The notes under the pieces are model-generated. The model had not been told where the DNA came from and made no database searches. It saw nothing but the letters and a program-made list of their open reading frames with translations. From an uncultured bacterium (GTDB lineage Bacteria > Verrucomicrobiota > Kiritimatiellia > PWTM01), in contig CAACVY010000001.1 of NCBI GenBank assembly GCA_900661335.1, positions 61,379-125,378 on the forward strand: a stretch of DNA of 64,000 nt, written 5' to 3'. The translations under genes and the position numbers were made by a program. Shown in pieces: positions 18,851-29,192 of this stretch (position 1 is the stretch's first letter; each line of letters opens with the position of its first letter).

Positions 18851-19503
18851 AATTTGCGCGAGAAGGAATTCCGTGGATCGTGGGAATGGCGTCCGCCGGC
18901 GTCGTTCTGGGTGCTTTGGGATTGGCCATAGGGGCCCGGAGCTGGGCGGTGGGGCTGTTGGGAATTGGTTTGGCGGGGGCGGCACTCATGCTGGGGTTCT
19001 TCCGTGATCCGGAACGGACACCCCCGGCGGACTCGCAGCTGGTCGTTTCAGGTGCCGACGGCCGGGTGATGGAAGTGGTCGAGGAGCATGAACCCGAGTT
19101 TCTGAAGTGTTCAGCGGTCCGAATCAGCGTGTTCTTGAGTTTGTTCAATGTGCATGTGAACCGCGCACCCATTGGAGGCCGCGTTGTGCTGGTTCGATAT
19201 GAGCCGGGCCGGTTCCGTTGTGGGTTCGATCCCAAGGCGTCGTTCGAGAATGAGCGCAACAGTATTCTCATCGAAGGCCCACCGCCCTGCTTGGTGCGTC
19301 AGATCGTGGGTATCTTCGCGCGGCGCGTGGTCCACTGGGTGACTCCGGGCCAGGTGGTCGAGCGGGGGCAACGGATCGGATTGATGAAGTTCGGGTCAAG
19401 GTTGGATGTGTTTTTTCCTAAGGGGACGATTGAGGTTCTCGTACGACCGGGTATAATCGTGCGAGCGGGCGAGACGCCGATCGCTCGACTCCGAGAGGAA
19501 TAG
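18847..19503 (+). CDS. psd: phosphatidylserine decarboxylase (archaeal-type Psd proenzyme)
   Basis: MKFAREGIPWIVG..., and the GSRLDVFFP GST/S cleavage-site region. The ATG at 18847 overlaps the histidine-kinase stop (ATGA). Confidence 0.7.
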   Translation: MKFAREGIPWIVGMASAGVVLGALGLAIGARSWAVGLLGIGLAGAALMLGFFRDPERTPPADSQLVVSGADGRVMEVVEEHEPEFLKCSAVRISVFLSLFNVHVNRAPIGGRVVLVRYEPGRFRCGFDPKASFENERNSILIEGPPPCLVRQIVGIFARRVVHWVTPGQVVERGQRIGLMKFGSRLDVFFPKGTIEVLVRPGIIVRAGETPIARLREE

Positions 19504-20256
19504 ATGATGAATTTGCGAGTACGTCGGGCCCTGGTCAACGGGTTGACCCTGACGGTGCTGCTCTGTGGCGTTGGGGCGTTGTTGGCCGCGATGGCGGAAC
19601 GGATTTGGTTGGCGTCGGAGCTGATCATTGTGGCCGCCATCTTGGACGGCTTGGATGGCTCGATGGCGCGATGGCTGCGCGCGAACACGGCCTTTGGCGA
19701 GCGGCTGGACACGTACGTGGACACCATTGCGTTCGGCGTCGCTCCAGCCGTGCTGGCGTATCAGGCCGTGTGGGGAGACTACGGGGTCTGGGGTGTCGGG
19801 GTGGCTTCGGCGATCGTGCTGGCCGCTGTGCTTCGTTTCACACGTGGCTGCAGTTATCCCAGCCCGTCCGGCAGTCATGTGTTTCGTGGTCTCCCAATCC
19901 CAGTCAGCGCGACATGGATCGCCTTGACCGTTCTCATCCTCGAAGAAGACGTTCTCGATTTGGCTTCATTCGGCCCTGAACGGGATATGTTGGCGGTAGC
20001 GCTGTGGACCGTCGCGCTCGGGCTGCTATTGCTTCAGGTGTCCAACGTACGGTATGTGAAGCCCTCGCGCTTGCAGCTCCGACGCGGCATTATAACCACA
20101 CTGTTGCTCGTGGTTGTACTCCGGCGGCCGGTGGCCGTCGTGGCCGGTGCGATGGTCGCGGCGCTACTTTGGTATGTGGTGCAGGGACTCGTCAGGCACC
20201 GCGAGGCTGCGCATTTAGCCGCTGAAGAGGGGGAGGAGCACATTTCTCTGAGCTGA
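19504..20256 (+). CDS. pssA: CDP-diacylglycerol--serine O-phosphatidyltransferase (CDP-alcohol phosphatidyltransferase family)
   Basis: DGLDGSMAR...G...DTxAF motif, multi-TM. Immediately after psd. Confidence 0.75.
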   Translation: MMNLRVRRALVNGLTLTVLLCGVGALLAAMAERIWLASELIIVAAILDGLDGSMARWLRANTAFGERLDTYVDTIAFGVAPAVLAYQAVWGDYGVWGVGVASAIVLAAVLRFTRGCSYPSPSGSHVFRGLPIPVSATWIALTVLILEEDVLDLASFGPERDMLAVALWTVALGLLLLQVSNVRYVKPSRLQLRRGIITTLLLVVVLRRPVAVVAGAMVAALLWYVVQGLVRHREAAHLAAEEGEEHISLS

Positions 20257-20290
20257 CGAGATGGGCGGCCAAGAGGCTTCGCACCGCAGA

Positions 20291-21028
20291 TCAGGGCCCC
20301 GTGGACGCTCCCAGGCGCACCCGCCGTTGGTTCCCCTGATACTCGAACCAGACGGCCTCTTCCTCGACTCGAAGAATTTTCACGCCATCGGCCGTGGTCT
20401 GCCCGACGTCATAAGTTCCACGATCCAAAATCACAGTTCCGCTGTGCGGGGAACTGCCGCAGACGATCCCCTGCACGCGTAGTACTGGCCACTGAATCCC
20501 AGTGCCGGTGGAAGCTTCCGCCGCCGTCCCCACTTGTCCAGTGGTCCCTTGCGTTGCGGTTTGCGGCGGAGAGCTTGTCGAGGTGATCGTGGGTGCGTTC
20601 GTCACGCCCGTTCCGCTCGGAGATGACACGGCGGCACTGACTTTCTCGGTCCGAACGCCCTGGACTTGAGCCACCGGGGCATTCGTCGGAATGTCCACGC
20701 GCCTCATCGACGTCGTGGGGCCTATGGTCGTTGGCGGCGGGTGGGCCACGGTCGTGGTGGCGGGTCGTGATGCAGGACGCGCGGTCACATTTGCCTGTGG
20801 CCGCGCCGCCGGCGGGCGGGATCCATGGCGAGCCGCGCCAATCCAGCCGAGCTGCCGCGCCCAGAAAATTCCTCCGCCGATCAACACCACCACCATCAGT
20901 GCAAGGAGCTTCGGCGAGACAGGCGGGTTGGGCGCCGAGCGTGGCTCGCCACCGGATACCGGCAGGCCGGATGACGGGCCTCCGCTTTGCTGCCGCTGCC
21001 GTTCCAATGCTCGATGAATAATGCTCAC
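20291..21028 (-). CDS. GspB/ExeB-like secretion accessory protein (TM + Pro/Thr-rich linker + C-terminal domain)
   Basis: TM helix LLALMVVVLIGGGIFW, a long P/T/S-rich spacer and a C-terminal globular part. The GTG at 21028 overlaps the exeA-like stop (GTGA). Confidence 0.5.
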   Translation of the reverse strand: MSIIHRALERQRQQSGGPSSGLPVSGGEPRSAPNPPVSPKLLALMVVVLIGGGIFWARQLGWIGAARHGSRPPAARPQANVTARPASRPATTTVAHPPPTTIGPTTSMRRVDIPTNAPVAQVQGVRTEKVSAAVSSPSGTGVTNAPTITSTSSPPQTATQGTTGQVGTAAEASTGTGIQWPVLRVQGIVCGSSPHSGTVILDRGTYDVGQTTADGVKILRVEEEAVWFEYQGNQRRVRLGASTGP

Positions 21029-21834
21029 AACACCTTCTCGAGTTCGTGCACCGCGGCGGTGACATCGGACTCTTCGACCGTCCGTGACTCTCGACAATAT
21101 GCCGCCAGCATCGCGCGGTCACAAATCTTGTTAATCAGCCTCGGAATGCCGCCCGACGCACGGTGGACCATGGTCACGGCTTCGGGCATGAATCTCACCT
21201 CTGGTCCCGCACCCGCTACGTGCAGGCGGTGGGCGATATAGGCGACCGTGTCGGATGCCTCCAGCGGTCGAATTTCTGCTCGAACCATGATCCGTTGGCG
21301 CAGCTGTCGAAGTCCGGGCTCTCGCAGGCGTCGTTCCAGTTCCGGTTGACCCACCAGGACAATCTGCATCAACTTCTGGTCGTCGGTTTCCAGATTGGAG
21401 AGTAACCGGATCTGTTCCATGACCGCGGGCGCCAATGTTTGGGCCTCGTCGATGATGATCGCGACATTGACGCCGCGTTGCAGTAGGTCTAGAAGGAACG
21501 CGTTGAGCTGTTCGATCAGGTCCAACCGCCGCCAGCTTTTCGGTTCTCCCCCCAGATCGCGGAGGATGGCTCGAATCAACTGTGTTTCGGAGATGGACGG
21601 ATTGAGGATCAAGGCGGTCTGCACCTGATGTCCGAGCTGGCTCAACAGGGCACGGCAAAGGGTCGTTTTTCCGCACCCCACCTCGCCGATGATTTCAATG
21701 AAGCCTTTGCGTTCGAGAACCCCATACAACAACGAGTCCATGGCCTCGCGATGGCTCGGCGATAGAAACAGAAACCTCGGATCCGGCGTGATATTGAAGG
21801 GTTGTTCCCGGAGACCGAAGAAGTTCAAGTACAT
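21025..21834 (-). CDS. GspA/ExeA-like AAA ATPase
   Basis: MYLNFFGLREQPF..., Walker A GEVGCGKT, Walker B IIIDEAQ. The first 63 aa of the listed ORF are a basic-rich artefact. Confidence 0.75.
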   Translation of the reverse strand: MYLNFFGLREQPFNITPDPRFLFLSPSHREAMDSLLYGVLERKGFIEIIGEVGCGKTTLCRALLSQLGHQVQTALILNPSISETQLIRAILRDLGGEPKSWRRLDLIEQLNAFLLDLLQRGVNVAIIIDEAQTLAPAVMEQIRLLSNLETDDQKLMQIVLVGQPELERRLREPGLRQLRQRIMVRAEIRPLEASDTVAYIAHRLHVAGAGPEVRFMPEAVTMVHRASGGIPRLINKICDRAMLAAYCRESRTVEESDVTAAVHELEKVL

Positions 21835-21865
21835 GAACGCCGCGGAGCCCTGGCTGCCTCCCCCG

Positions 21866-22435
21866 TCATACGGCCATGATTTCCTTTTCCTTCTGCGCGA
21901 GCAACTGGTCCACCTCTTGGATGCGTGCGTCCGTATACTTTTGAACTTCTTCGAGCGCCGCGTCGCGGTCGTCGTCGCTGACCTTGCCATCCTTATGGAG
22001 CTGTTTAATGGCCTCGTTCGCATCCCGGCGCACGTTCCGAATCGCCACCCGGGCGTCCTCGGCCAGCTTCCGGGCCACCTTAACCAGCTCCCGCCTTCGC
22101 TCTTCGCTCAGCTCGGGGATGGGAATCCGCAGCAAGCGCCCGTCGTTTCGCGGCGTCAAACCGATGTTGGCCGCCAGAATGGCCTTTTCGATCGCCGAGA
22201 TGGAGGTGGGATCGTATGGGTTGATGACCAACAACCGCGGTTCCGGCGCCGAGATGTTGGCGATTTCGCGCAACCGCGTCGGCGTCCCGTAGTAGTCCAC
22301 TGTGATGTTTTCGACCAATGCGGGCGACGCTTTGCCGGTTCGTAAGCCGGCCATCTCGCGCTTGAGAAAGTCCACGGCTTTCCCCATCTTGTCGTCCGCT
22401 TCCAACAACACATCGTCCACGCTTTCAGCTTCCAT
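21866..22435 (-). CDS. frr: ribosome recycling factor
   Basis: ENITVDYYG...EERRRELVK...DDRD...EVQ, about 189 aa from the ATG at 22435. Confidence 0.85.
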   Translation of the reverse strand: MEAESVDDVLLEADDKMGKAVDFLKREMAGLRTGKASPALVENITVDYYGTPTRLREIANISAPEPRLLVINPYDPTSISAIEKAILAANIGLTPRNDGRLLRIPIPELSEERRRELVKVARKLAEDARVAIRNVRRDANEAIKQLHKDGKVSDDDRDAALEEVQKYTDARIQEVDQLLAQKEKEIMAV

Positions 22436-23204
22436 TGCGAACCTCCCGTGTCCGCGCTCTCGTGGACTCCGGATGGGCATCCACGAGGGTACCAACTGGT
22501 TCGCCCCGGAGTACGCGGATCAGTTCGCCGGGGCGGAAAAAGTCAAACACAATGATCGGGATTCCGTTCTCCGCGCACAGCGAGAAGGCGGTGGCGTCCA
22601 TGATGCGCAGCCGGCGCTCCAAGGCTTCCTGATAAGTCAGGTGAGTCAACCGCTGGGCTGCTCGGTTGCGCATGGGATCGTCCGTGTAAATACCATCCAC
22701 CTTGGTCGCCTTCAGAAGCACGTCGGCCTCGATCTCGCTGGCCCGGAGCGCGGCGGCCGTGTCGGTGGTGAAGAACGGATTGCCAGTGCCGGCGCCAAAG
22801 ATCACCACTCGACCCTTTTCGAGATGGCGGATCGCACGTCGGCGGATCATCGGCTCCGCGACGGCGGGCATCTGGATGGCGGTCATTACCCGGGCGGGCA
22901 GCCCGCGGCGCTCCAGGGCCGATTGAAGTGCGAGGCTATTGATCACGGTCGCCAACATGCCCATGGCATCGCCCGTGCAACGGTCAATCCCGGACTCGAC
23001 CCCAGGCTCTCCCCGGAAAATGTTCCCACCGCCGGTGACGATGGCGATCTCTGCGCCCAGGCGATGGGCCTGGACGATCTGGTCGGCCATCGCGTTGAGA
23101 AGTTCGAAATCGAAACAACTGCCGTTGTGGCGGTTGACGAATGCCTCACCGCTCAGTTTTAGAAGAATCCGACGGAATCGCAACTGGCTGCGTCGTGATG
23201 GCAT
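22425..23204 (-). CDS. pyrH: UMP kinase
   Basis: RRILLKLSGEAF...IVTGGGNIFRG...TDTAAALRA. Start at ATG 23204. Confidence 0.85.
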   Translation of the reverse strand: MPSRRSQLRFRRILLKLSGEAFVNRHNGSCFDFELLNAMADQIVQAHRLGAEIAIVTGGGNIFRGEPGVESGIDRCTGDAMGMLATVINSLALQSALERRGLPARVMTAIQMPAVAEPMIRRRAIRHLEKGRVVIFGAGTGNPFFTTDTAAALRASEIEADVLLKATKVDGIYTDDPMRNRAAQRLTHLTYQEALERRLRIMDATAFSLCAENGIPIIVFDFFRPGELIRVLRGEPVGTLVDAHPESTRARTREVRNGS

Positions 23205-23515
23205 GTTGAGCTCGAAGGAAAGTTTATCCGTCGCCCACACTTTCCGCAACCGACACCCCGGGCATCCGCTCGGCCACACGGACAAGTTCGGCTCAGCCCG
23301 GTGGCGTGCTGCACTTGTGAAAGGTGGAATAGAGAAGGGTCGCCGTGCAGAACTGTTTCCAAGGCTTGGAAAACATTGTATGCTGACTCTCCAACCCTTG
23401 GACGCCGATGGCCACGTGAGCGAGGGACCATGATGGCCGGGGTACTAGGAGCACATGACCGAATGCGTCCACCGGTCGAATCGTCAAGAGCGATGGAGGG
23501 TGATAGATTTCGTGC

Positions 23516-24409
23516 ATGCGTTGGCGATGGATTTTGTGGTCGGTTGGCTTGCTCGTCGTGGTGGGTCTGCTGGGGTTCGCATGGAACTCGCTGCCCCGGG
23601 TGTGGGTCGAAGGCCTCTTAGCTGATCAAACCGGCACGAGGGTTTCCGTGGGAGAGGTTCGGATCTCAGGCTGGGGACCGCGGGTGTGGGCGCGCGACAT
23701 TGTGCTGTACAACCCGCCGGAGTTTGGGTCCGCACCCGCGTTGAGGATCCGTGAGCTTCAAGCGGTCCTTTCGTGGGGTGACCTGCTGCGTGGTCGTTCG
23801 CGACTCCGACGACTCCAAGTGGAAATCGCGTCGGTCGCCGTGGTTCAAGGGCAAAGTGGACGGCTCAATTGGCAAGTCATCGGGGAAGAAACTCGCCGCC
23901 GGCATTCGTGCTCGGGGTTCTCCGAGCAAGTCGAGGCTGTGGACGAACGCCGGCTCAAAACCAGCCTGCCTGGCGTGCCGATGGCCCAGCAGGAGCGGTG
24001 CGAGGTCGTCGAAGGACACTCACAGAACGCAGAATCTGTGGACGAGCCACCGTCCTCTGGGCCACAAGTGGATGAGTTGGTCGTGAAGCTGGATCGCATC
24101 GAGGTGTATCGAATGGAGGAGCGCGCATCGGAACCAGTGCCAAGGCAGCTGGACGTCCAGCTCGTCCACGCGGCGACCAACGTGACCGACGTAAACGAGT
24201 TTGCGTGGGAGTTTGGTGCGGCCTTGGCCGTGCGAGCGTTGCCGCTATTGGCAGTGCAAGCCGTGAGCGATGCGGAGGACCAATGGAGCGAGTCGTTGGA
24301 CCGTCTGCTGAAAAAGGCGGACCGTTGGTGGAAGAAAGCAGGAGGAGACGAGGCGGTATCTGATCTCTTGCAGAATCTGCCAGCCGTGCTGCCGGGTGTA
24401 TTCCGATAG
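23516..24409 (+). CDS. hypothetical membrane-anchored protein (AsmA-like N-terminus?)
   Basis: N-terminal TM helix WILWSVGLLVVVGLLGF. No recognisable catalytic motif. Confidence 0.4.
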   Translation: MRWRWILWSVGLLVVVGLLGFAWNSLPRVWVEGLLADQTGTRVSVGEVRISGWGPRVWARDIVLYNPPEFGSAPALRIRELQAVLSWGDLLRGRSRLRRLQVEIASVAVVQGQSGRLNWQVIGEETRRRHSCSGFSEQVEAVDERRLKTSLPGVPMAQQERCEVVEGHSQNAESVDEPPSSGPQVDELVVKLDRIEVYRMEERASEPVPRQLDVQLVHAATNVTDVNEFAWEFGAALAVRALPLLAVQAVSDAEDQWSESLDRLLKKADRWWKKAGGDEAVSDLLQNLPAVLPGVFR

Positions 24410-24437
24410 GCACTGATAAGCACCGAAGGAGAAGCCC

Positions 24438-26369
24438 ATGAGGTGGGTGCTACGAGTGATCGCACTGGTGAGTTGGCTGCCGGTCGGCGCGGGGCTGGCC
24501 AGTGGCGTAACGAACGTGGTGGCCGACCGCGTGCCGGACGTTTGGACTCCGCTCCCGGCCGGGTCATTCCAGATCAGCGGCGAACTTGGGAGGACTATGG
24601 CCCAGGTGTGTTGGTCCCGCGTTCGTTCTCCATTCGCGCGAACCGTGGTGCTCGAAGAAGCCGAGGAAGCATTTCGACGCCGCGTGGATGACCGGTTGCG
24701 TCCTGGCCAGGGCCTCTGGCAGGGCGAATTCTGGGGCAAGTGGATCCTCGGCGCGATTGGGGTCCAACGCCACACCCAGGATCCGGAGCTTCAGGCTACG
24801 GTGGTCCAGTCCGTTGCGAGTATTCTGCGAACACGGCGGCCCGACGGATACATCGGCACCTACTCGACTTCGAGCTTTGTGCGTGCGGCCGGCCCCGAGG
24901 CCAATAACTGGAACGTGTGGTGCCGAAAGTACACGTTGTGGGCATTGGTGGAGGCGGCGCAATGGATTCCTTCCCACGAGGCGCTGGATGGCGCTCGGGG
25001 GTTGATGGACCACCTCATGAGCGAGGTCGGGCCGTTCGCGGTTCCCATCCGCGAAACGGGGAAGTTCTACGGGCTGCCGAGTACGTCCATCTTGACCCCG
25101 GTGGTGGAGCTGTACCGTTGCACCGGCGATGCGCGATATCTCGAGTACGCCCGCTACATCGTGGAGCAGTGGGGCGCGGCTCCCGGCGAGCCACCGGACA
25201 TATTGCGCCAAGGGTTGGCTGGCAAGCCGGTGGACGAGTGGTTTCCGGAGCCGGAACGTTGGGCGAAGGCCTACGAATTCATCTCGTGCGTGGAAGGTTT
25301 GGTCGAGATGTATCGGCTGTTGGGTACGTCGGAGTACTTGCGCGCCGCGGTCAACATCCATCGGCTTCTTCGAGAGAACGAGCGGACCGTGTTCGGCGGG
25401 ATCGGAAAAAACGACAAGCTTCTCAAGGCCGCGCGCCGGCTGGAAACTGAGTGCGAGGTGTGCGATGCGGTGTACTGGAACCGCCTCTCCCACCAACTGC
25501 TTCGACTCACCGGCGATTCTGTGTACGCCGACGAGTTTGAGCGCACGATGTACAACGTGCTGCCGGCCGCAATGAATGCGGATGGCCAGTGGGGGGTACG
25601 CCGGCTGCTGTTATCTGGTGCGCATTGGCCGGCCCCCCCGCATTGCTCGCTCCGCCACCACCATTGTTGCGTGGACAACGTGCCGCGGGGATGGGTTCAG
25701 GTTCTGGAGACCGCGATCTTGCGCAGCCGTGAGGGCGGGTTGGCCGTGATCCTGTACTTGCCCGGCACGGCCGTCGTCGGGCGCAGCGCCTCGGGTCCGA
25801 TGCGGTTGGTGATCGAAACCCAGTACCCCTACGATGCCCTGGTGTCCATGCGGTTTGAGTTGCCGGAACCCACGCGCATTCCTTTGGCGCTCCGAATTCC
25901 CGCGTGGAGCCGCGACACCCGCGTGCGAATCAATGGAGAAGAAGTCGCTCCGTCGGTTTCCAACGGCTTCGCACGGATTACGCGTCGATGGTCCAATGGT
26001 GACCAGATCGAACTGCAGTTGGATCTGACGGCGCGATTGGAGCCGTTTCCGGGTGAATTGCCGCCGAACACAAATCAATTCGTGGCTGTGGTTCGTGGCC
26101 CGTTGGTGTTGGCTCGCGACATTCGCCTTGGGGATCCACAGATTCATCGACCGGTCGGTTGGGATGGGAAATCCTCTGTAGTCCAATGTCGGCGGAGTCC
26201 GGCCCCTCCAGGCATTCGCTTTGCATGTGAGGTGGCGCCGCTTGGAGGTGAGTGGGTACGGATGTGCGACTACGCATCCGCGGGCTCGACCTGGGATGTG
26301 GAGACGTCCGATTTTCGTGTTTGGTTACCGCTGGCCACTCGCGGGTCGACTACGACGGGTGACCGGTAG
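24438..26369 (+). CDS. glycoside hydrolase family 127 (beta-L-arabinofuranosidase-like, DUF1680)
   Basis: Signal peptide. Typical GH127 length and motifs (the Cys-rich CE...C, HHCC region). Confidence 0.65.
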   Translation: MRWVLRVIALVSWLPVGAGLASGVTNVVADRVPDVWTPLPAGSFQISGELGRTMAQVCWSRVRSPFARTVVLEEAEEAFRRRVDDRLRPGQGLWQGEFWGKWILGAIGVQRHTQDPELQATVVQSVASILRTRRPDGYIGTYSTSSFVRAAGPEANNWNVWCRKYTLWALVEAAQWIPSHEALDGARGLMDHLMSEVGPFAVPIRETGKFYGLPSTSILTPVVELYRCTGDARYLEYARYIVEQWGAAPGEPPDILRQGLAGKPVDEWFPEPERWAKAYEFISCVEGLVEMYRLLGTSEYLRAAVNIHRLLRENERTVFGGIGKNDKLLKAARRLETECEVCDAVYWNRLSHQLLRLTGDSVYADEFERTMYNVLPAAMNADGQWGVRRLLLSGAHWPAPPHCSLRHHHCCVDNVPRGWVQVLETAILRSREGGLAVILYLPGTAVVGRSASGPMRLVIETQYPYDALVSMRFELPEPTRIPLALRIPAWSRDTRVRINGEEVAPSVSNGFARITRRWSNGDQIELQLDLTARLEPFPGELPPNTNQFVAVVRGPLVLARDIRLGDPQIHRPVGWDGKSSVVQCRRSPAPPGIRFACEVAPLGGEWVRMCDYASAGSTWDVETSDFRVWLPLATRGSTTTGDR

Positions 26370-26392
26370 GGCCGCATTCGGGAGAGTCCACC

Positions 26393-27571
26393 ATGAGTTC
26401 GTCAACGTTCTCACACTTGGTGCGAACGCTGGTCATGGCAATGAGCGCGCAGGGCGTGGTTCATGGAGCCTCCGGAGCAATCGAGACCTTATGGATCGGC
26501 ACGTACAACCGCCGCGGCAGCGAGGGCATCTACGCGGTGGATTGGGATCCACTCGCCGGACACCTGGATCGCGTCCGGTTGGCGGCCCCGGCGAGCAATG
26601 CCTCGTTCCTCGCTTCGCACCCGAGTCGTCCGGTCCTCTATGCGGTTCAAGAAATTGGGAGGTACGAAGGCCAACCTCAAGGCGCGGTGGTGGCGTACCA
26701 GTGGGTCGGGCCGACGAACGGCCTGCGAACTTGGGTGGTGCAGCCTACGCGCGGTCCTGTTCCCTGCCACCTGGCGGTGTCACCCCGTGGCCATGCGTTG
26801 GCGGTCGCTAACTACTCCGATGGAAGTGTGGTGGTATTTCCACTCGATACAGAGGGGCGCCCTAACGCGCCGTCCGCCTACTTCAAGCACGAAGGTAGTG
26901 GACCCCACCCTCAACGGCAACGTGGTCCGCACGCGCACGGCGTCACAATGGACCCTTCCGGGGAATGGATGTGGGTGCCAGACTTGGGGATCGATCGGAT
27001 CATTGCGTATCGGTGGCTTCGCGATTCCGGCGATCTTCACCTCGTCCGCGACCCCCGTGCCGACGCGGTGGTCCCACCCGGGAGCGGACCTCGACATTTC
27101 GTTTTGCATCCCAACGGGCGCGATTCCTACAGCGTCAACGAGCTCACCTCCACCGTGTCTTGGTTCCAGCGGGATGGTGGCTCAGTCGGATGGCAGCTCA
27201 AAGAGACGGTCTCCATTTTGCCCGAAGGGTTCACGAACCAGAATACAGCGGCCGAAATTCAACTCCATCCCAACGGGCGCGTCCTGTATGCGTCCAACCG
27301 CGGGCACGACAGCGTGGCGGTCTTGCAGCTGGAGCCCGGCGGGCGTCCTCGGTGTGCCACGTGGATTTCTGCCCGAGGACGTACGCCCCGTCACTTTTTG
27401 GTCAGCGCAGATGGGCGAACTCTTTGGATTGCTAACCAGGACACCGACAACGTGGTGGCGTACCGGCTCAATCCGGACACTGGCATAGCCGACGCCTTCA
27501 CGTCAGAGATTCAAGTGCCATGTCCGGTGTGCATTGTCGAGAAGCCATCCGTTCCTCGTGCGCGGGACTAG
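26393..27571 (+). CDS. lactonase-family 7-bladed beta-propeller (6-phosphogluconolactonase-like)
   Basis: Signal peptide. Repeated xxNG/VHPNGR...YV propeller motifs typical of Pgl/YbhE. Confidence 0.6.
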   Translation: MSSSTFSHLVRTLVMAMSAQGVVHGASGAIETLWIGTYNRRGSEGIYAVDWDPLAGHLDRVRLAAPASNASFLASHPSRPVLYAVQEIGRYEGQPQGAVVAYQWVGPTNGLRTWVVQPTRGPVPCHLAVSPRGHALAVANYSDGSVVVFPLDTEGRPNAPSAYFKHEGSGPHPQRQRGPHAHGVTMDPSGEWMWVPDLGIDRIIAYRWLRDSGDLHLVRDPRADAVVPPGSGPRHFVLHPNGRDSYSVNELTSTVSWFQRDGGSVGWQLKETVSILPEGFTNQNTAAEIQLHPNGRVLYASNRGHDSVAVLQLEPGGRPRCATWISARGRTPRHFLVSADGRTLWIANQDTDNVVAYRLNPDTGIADAFTSEIQVPCPVCIVEKPSVPRARD

Positions 27572-27863
27572 TCATCGCTGAAACAGTACCTTGAAGATCG
27601 ACCGTGGGGGGACAGGCGCTCGAGCGGAATTCGCCTTCGGCGTTCCGTGCTGCGCTTTCTCGGCTGGAGCGGATCTTGGGCGTACCCACCCAGGGGATCT
27701 GGGCGGCCGGCCATTTCACCGCTTGGGGATGGATGGTGGACATTACTGGTTCAAGAAGCGGAGGCTGCTCTCGGCGTTCGTGGCCGTGCAGGCAAACATG
27801 GCCGCACGGTGCGAGGTTCTCTAGTTGGCAGAGCGGGTGGAATGTAGCATAGTGGAAGATGCC

Positions 27864-29192
27864 ATGAGCACGCGCGCGTGGGTTCCTCAGTGGGTGATCG
27901 AAAACAAGCGGGACGGCCGGCCGTTGTCGGACGAGGAAATCGAATGGTTCATCGGAGGGTTCACGCGCGGGGAAATTCCGGACTATCAGATGGCCGCCTT
28001 GGCCATGGCGATTTGCCTGCGCGGGATGACGACCCAAGAAACGGTTGCGCTAACGCGGGCGATGGTCCGCTCGGGTGACGTGCTGGACCTGAGCAAGGTG
28101 CCGGGGCCCAAGGTGGATAAGCATTCCACGGGGGGCATCGGGGACAAGATCTCACTGGTGTTGGCGCCCTTGTTGGCCGCGTGCGATGTGCGCGTGCCGA
28201 TGGTGTCGGGCCGAGGGCTGGGAATTACCGGCGGTACGTTGGACAAGCTGGAGGCCATTCCGGGCTTTCGCACGCATTGGTCGGATGTGGACGTGATCCG
28301 GATGCTAGACGAAGTCGGCTGTGTGATAGTGGCGCCGACCGAACGCTTGGCGCCGGCGGACCGAAAGTTGTACGCATTACGGGACGTCACAGGCACCGTG
28401 CCTTCGGTACCGCTGATCGTGTCCAGCATTCTGTCGAAAAAAGTGGCGGAGGGCGTGGAGCATTTGATTTTCGACGTGAAATGCGGGCGTGGCGCGTTCA
28501 TGAAATCTGAGGCAGCTGCGCGGGAATTGGCGGAGGGACTTCTGAACACTGCAGCGCAGCTAGGCCTCGATGTACGGGCGTTGATCACGGATATGAACCA
28601 GCCACTTGGAAGGGCCGTGGGCAATGCCGTCGAGGTGCGGGAGGCCATCGAAACGCTCCGGGGGGCCGGCCCCGAGGATGTGTGGCACTTGACCGTTGAA
28701 CTTGGAGCCGAACTCCTACACATGGCGGGAAGAGTGCCGACCGTCGCGGCCGGACGAGAGCGATTGAACGAGGCACTGCGGTCGGGGCAGGGCCTGGCAA
28801 AGTTCCGTGCGATGATCGAGGTGCAAGGCGGCGATGGGCGTGTGGTGGACGATCCCGACCGTTTGCCCGCGGCAACGATTCGGCGGCCGTGGCCCGCGCC
28901 GACGACGGGCTGGGTCGCGGAAGTGGATGCGGAACGAATCGGCCGCGCGGTACTGGTGCTCGGCGGTGGCCGGCAGCGGATGGAGGACTCCGTGGATCCA
29001 GCGGTGGGATTGAGCGATTTGGTTAAGGTGGGTGAGCGAGTCGAAAAGGGCGCTCCGCTGGGCGTGGTCCATGCTGGGGACGAAGACCGGTTTCGGTCCG
29101 CCGCGGCGTGGTTGACAGGTGCGTTTGTGATCTCGGAAACCCCCGTGGAGGAACCACGCCAGATTCTTGCGCGGTTGACATCAAGCTCATGA
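27864..29192 (+). CDS. deoA: thymidine/pyrimidine-nucleoside phosphorylase
   Basis: KRDGRPLSDEEI...DKHSTGGIGDK...SGRGLGITGGT. Confidence 0.85.
   Translation: MSTRAWVPQWVIENKRDGRPLSDEEIEWFIGGFTRGEIPDYQMAALAMAICLRGMTTQETVALTRAMVRSGDVLDLSKVPGPKVDKHSTGGIGDKISLVLAPLLAACDVRVPMVSGRGLGITGGTLDKLEAIPGFRTHWSDVDVIRMLDEVGCVIVAPTERLAPADRKLYALRDVTGTVPSVPLIVSSILSKKVAEGVEHLIFDVKCGRGAFMKSEAAARELAEGLLNTAAQLGLDVRALITDMNQPLGRAVGNAVEVREAIETLRGAGPEDVWHLTVELGAELLHMAGRVPTVAAGRERLNEALRSGQGLAKFRAMIEVQGGDGRVVDDPDRLPAATIRRPWPAPTTGWVAEVDAERIGRAVLVLGGGRQRMEDSVDPAVGLSDLVKVGERVEKGAPLGVVHAGDEDRFRSAAAWLTGAFVISETPVEEPRQILARLTSSS

Noticed and set aside
21837-22023. N-terminal 63 aa of the listed ExeA-like ORF
   Set aside because: Basic low-complexity sequence. 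The ATPase family begins at MYLNFFGL, and the 30-nt spacer to frr then looks sensible.
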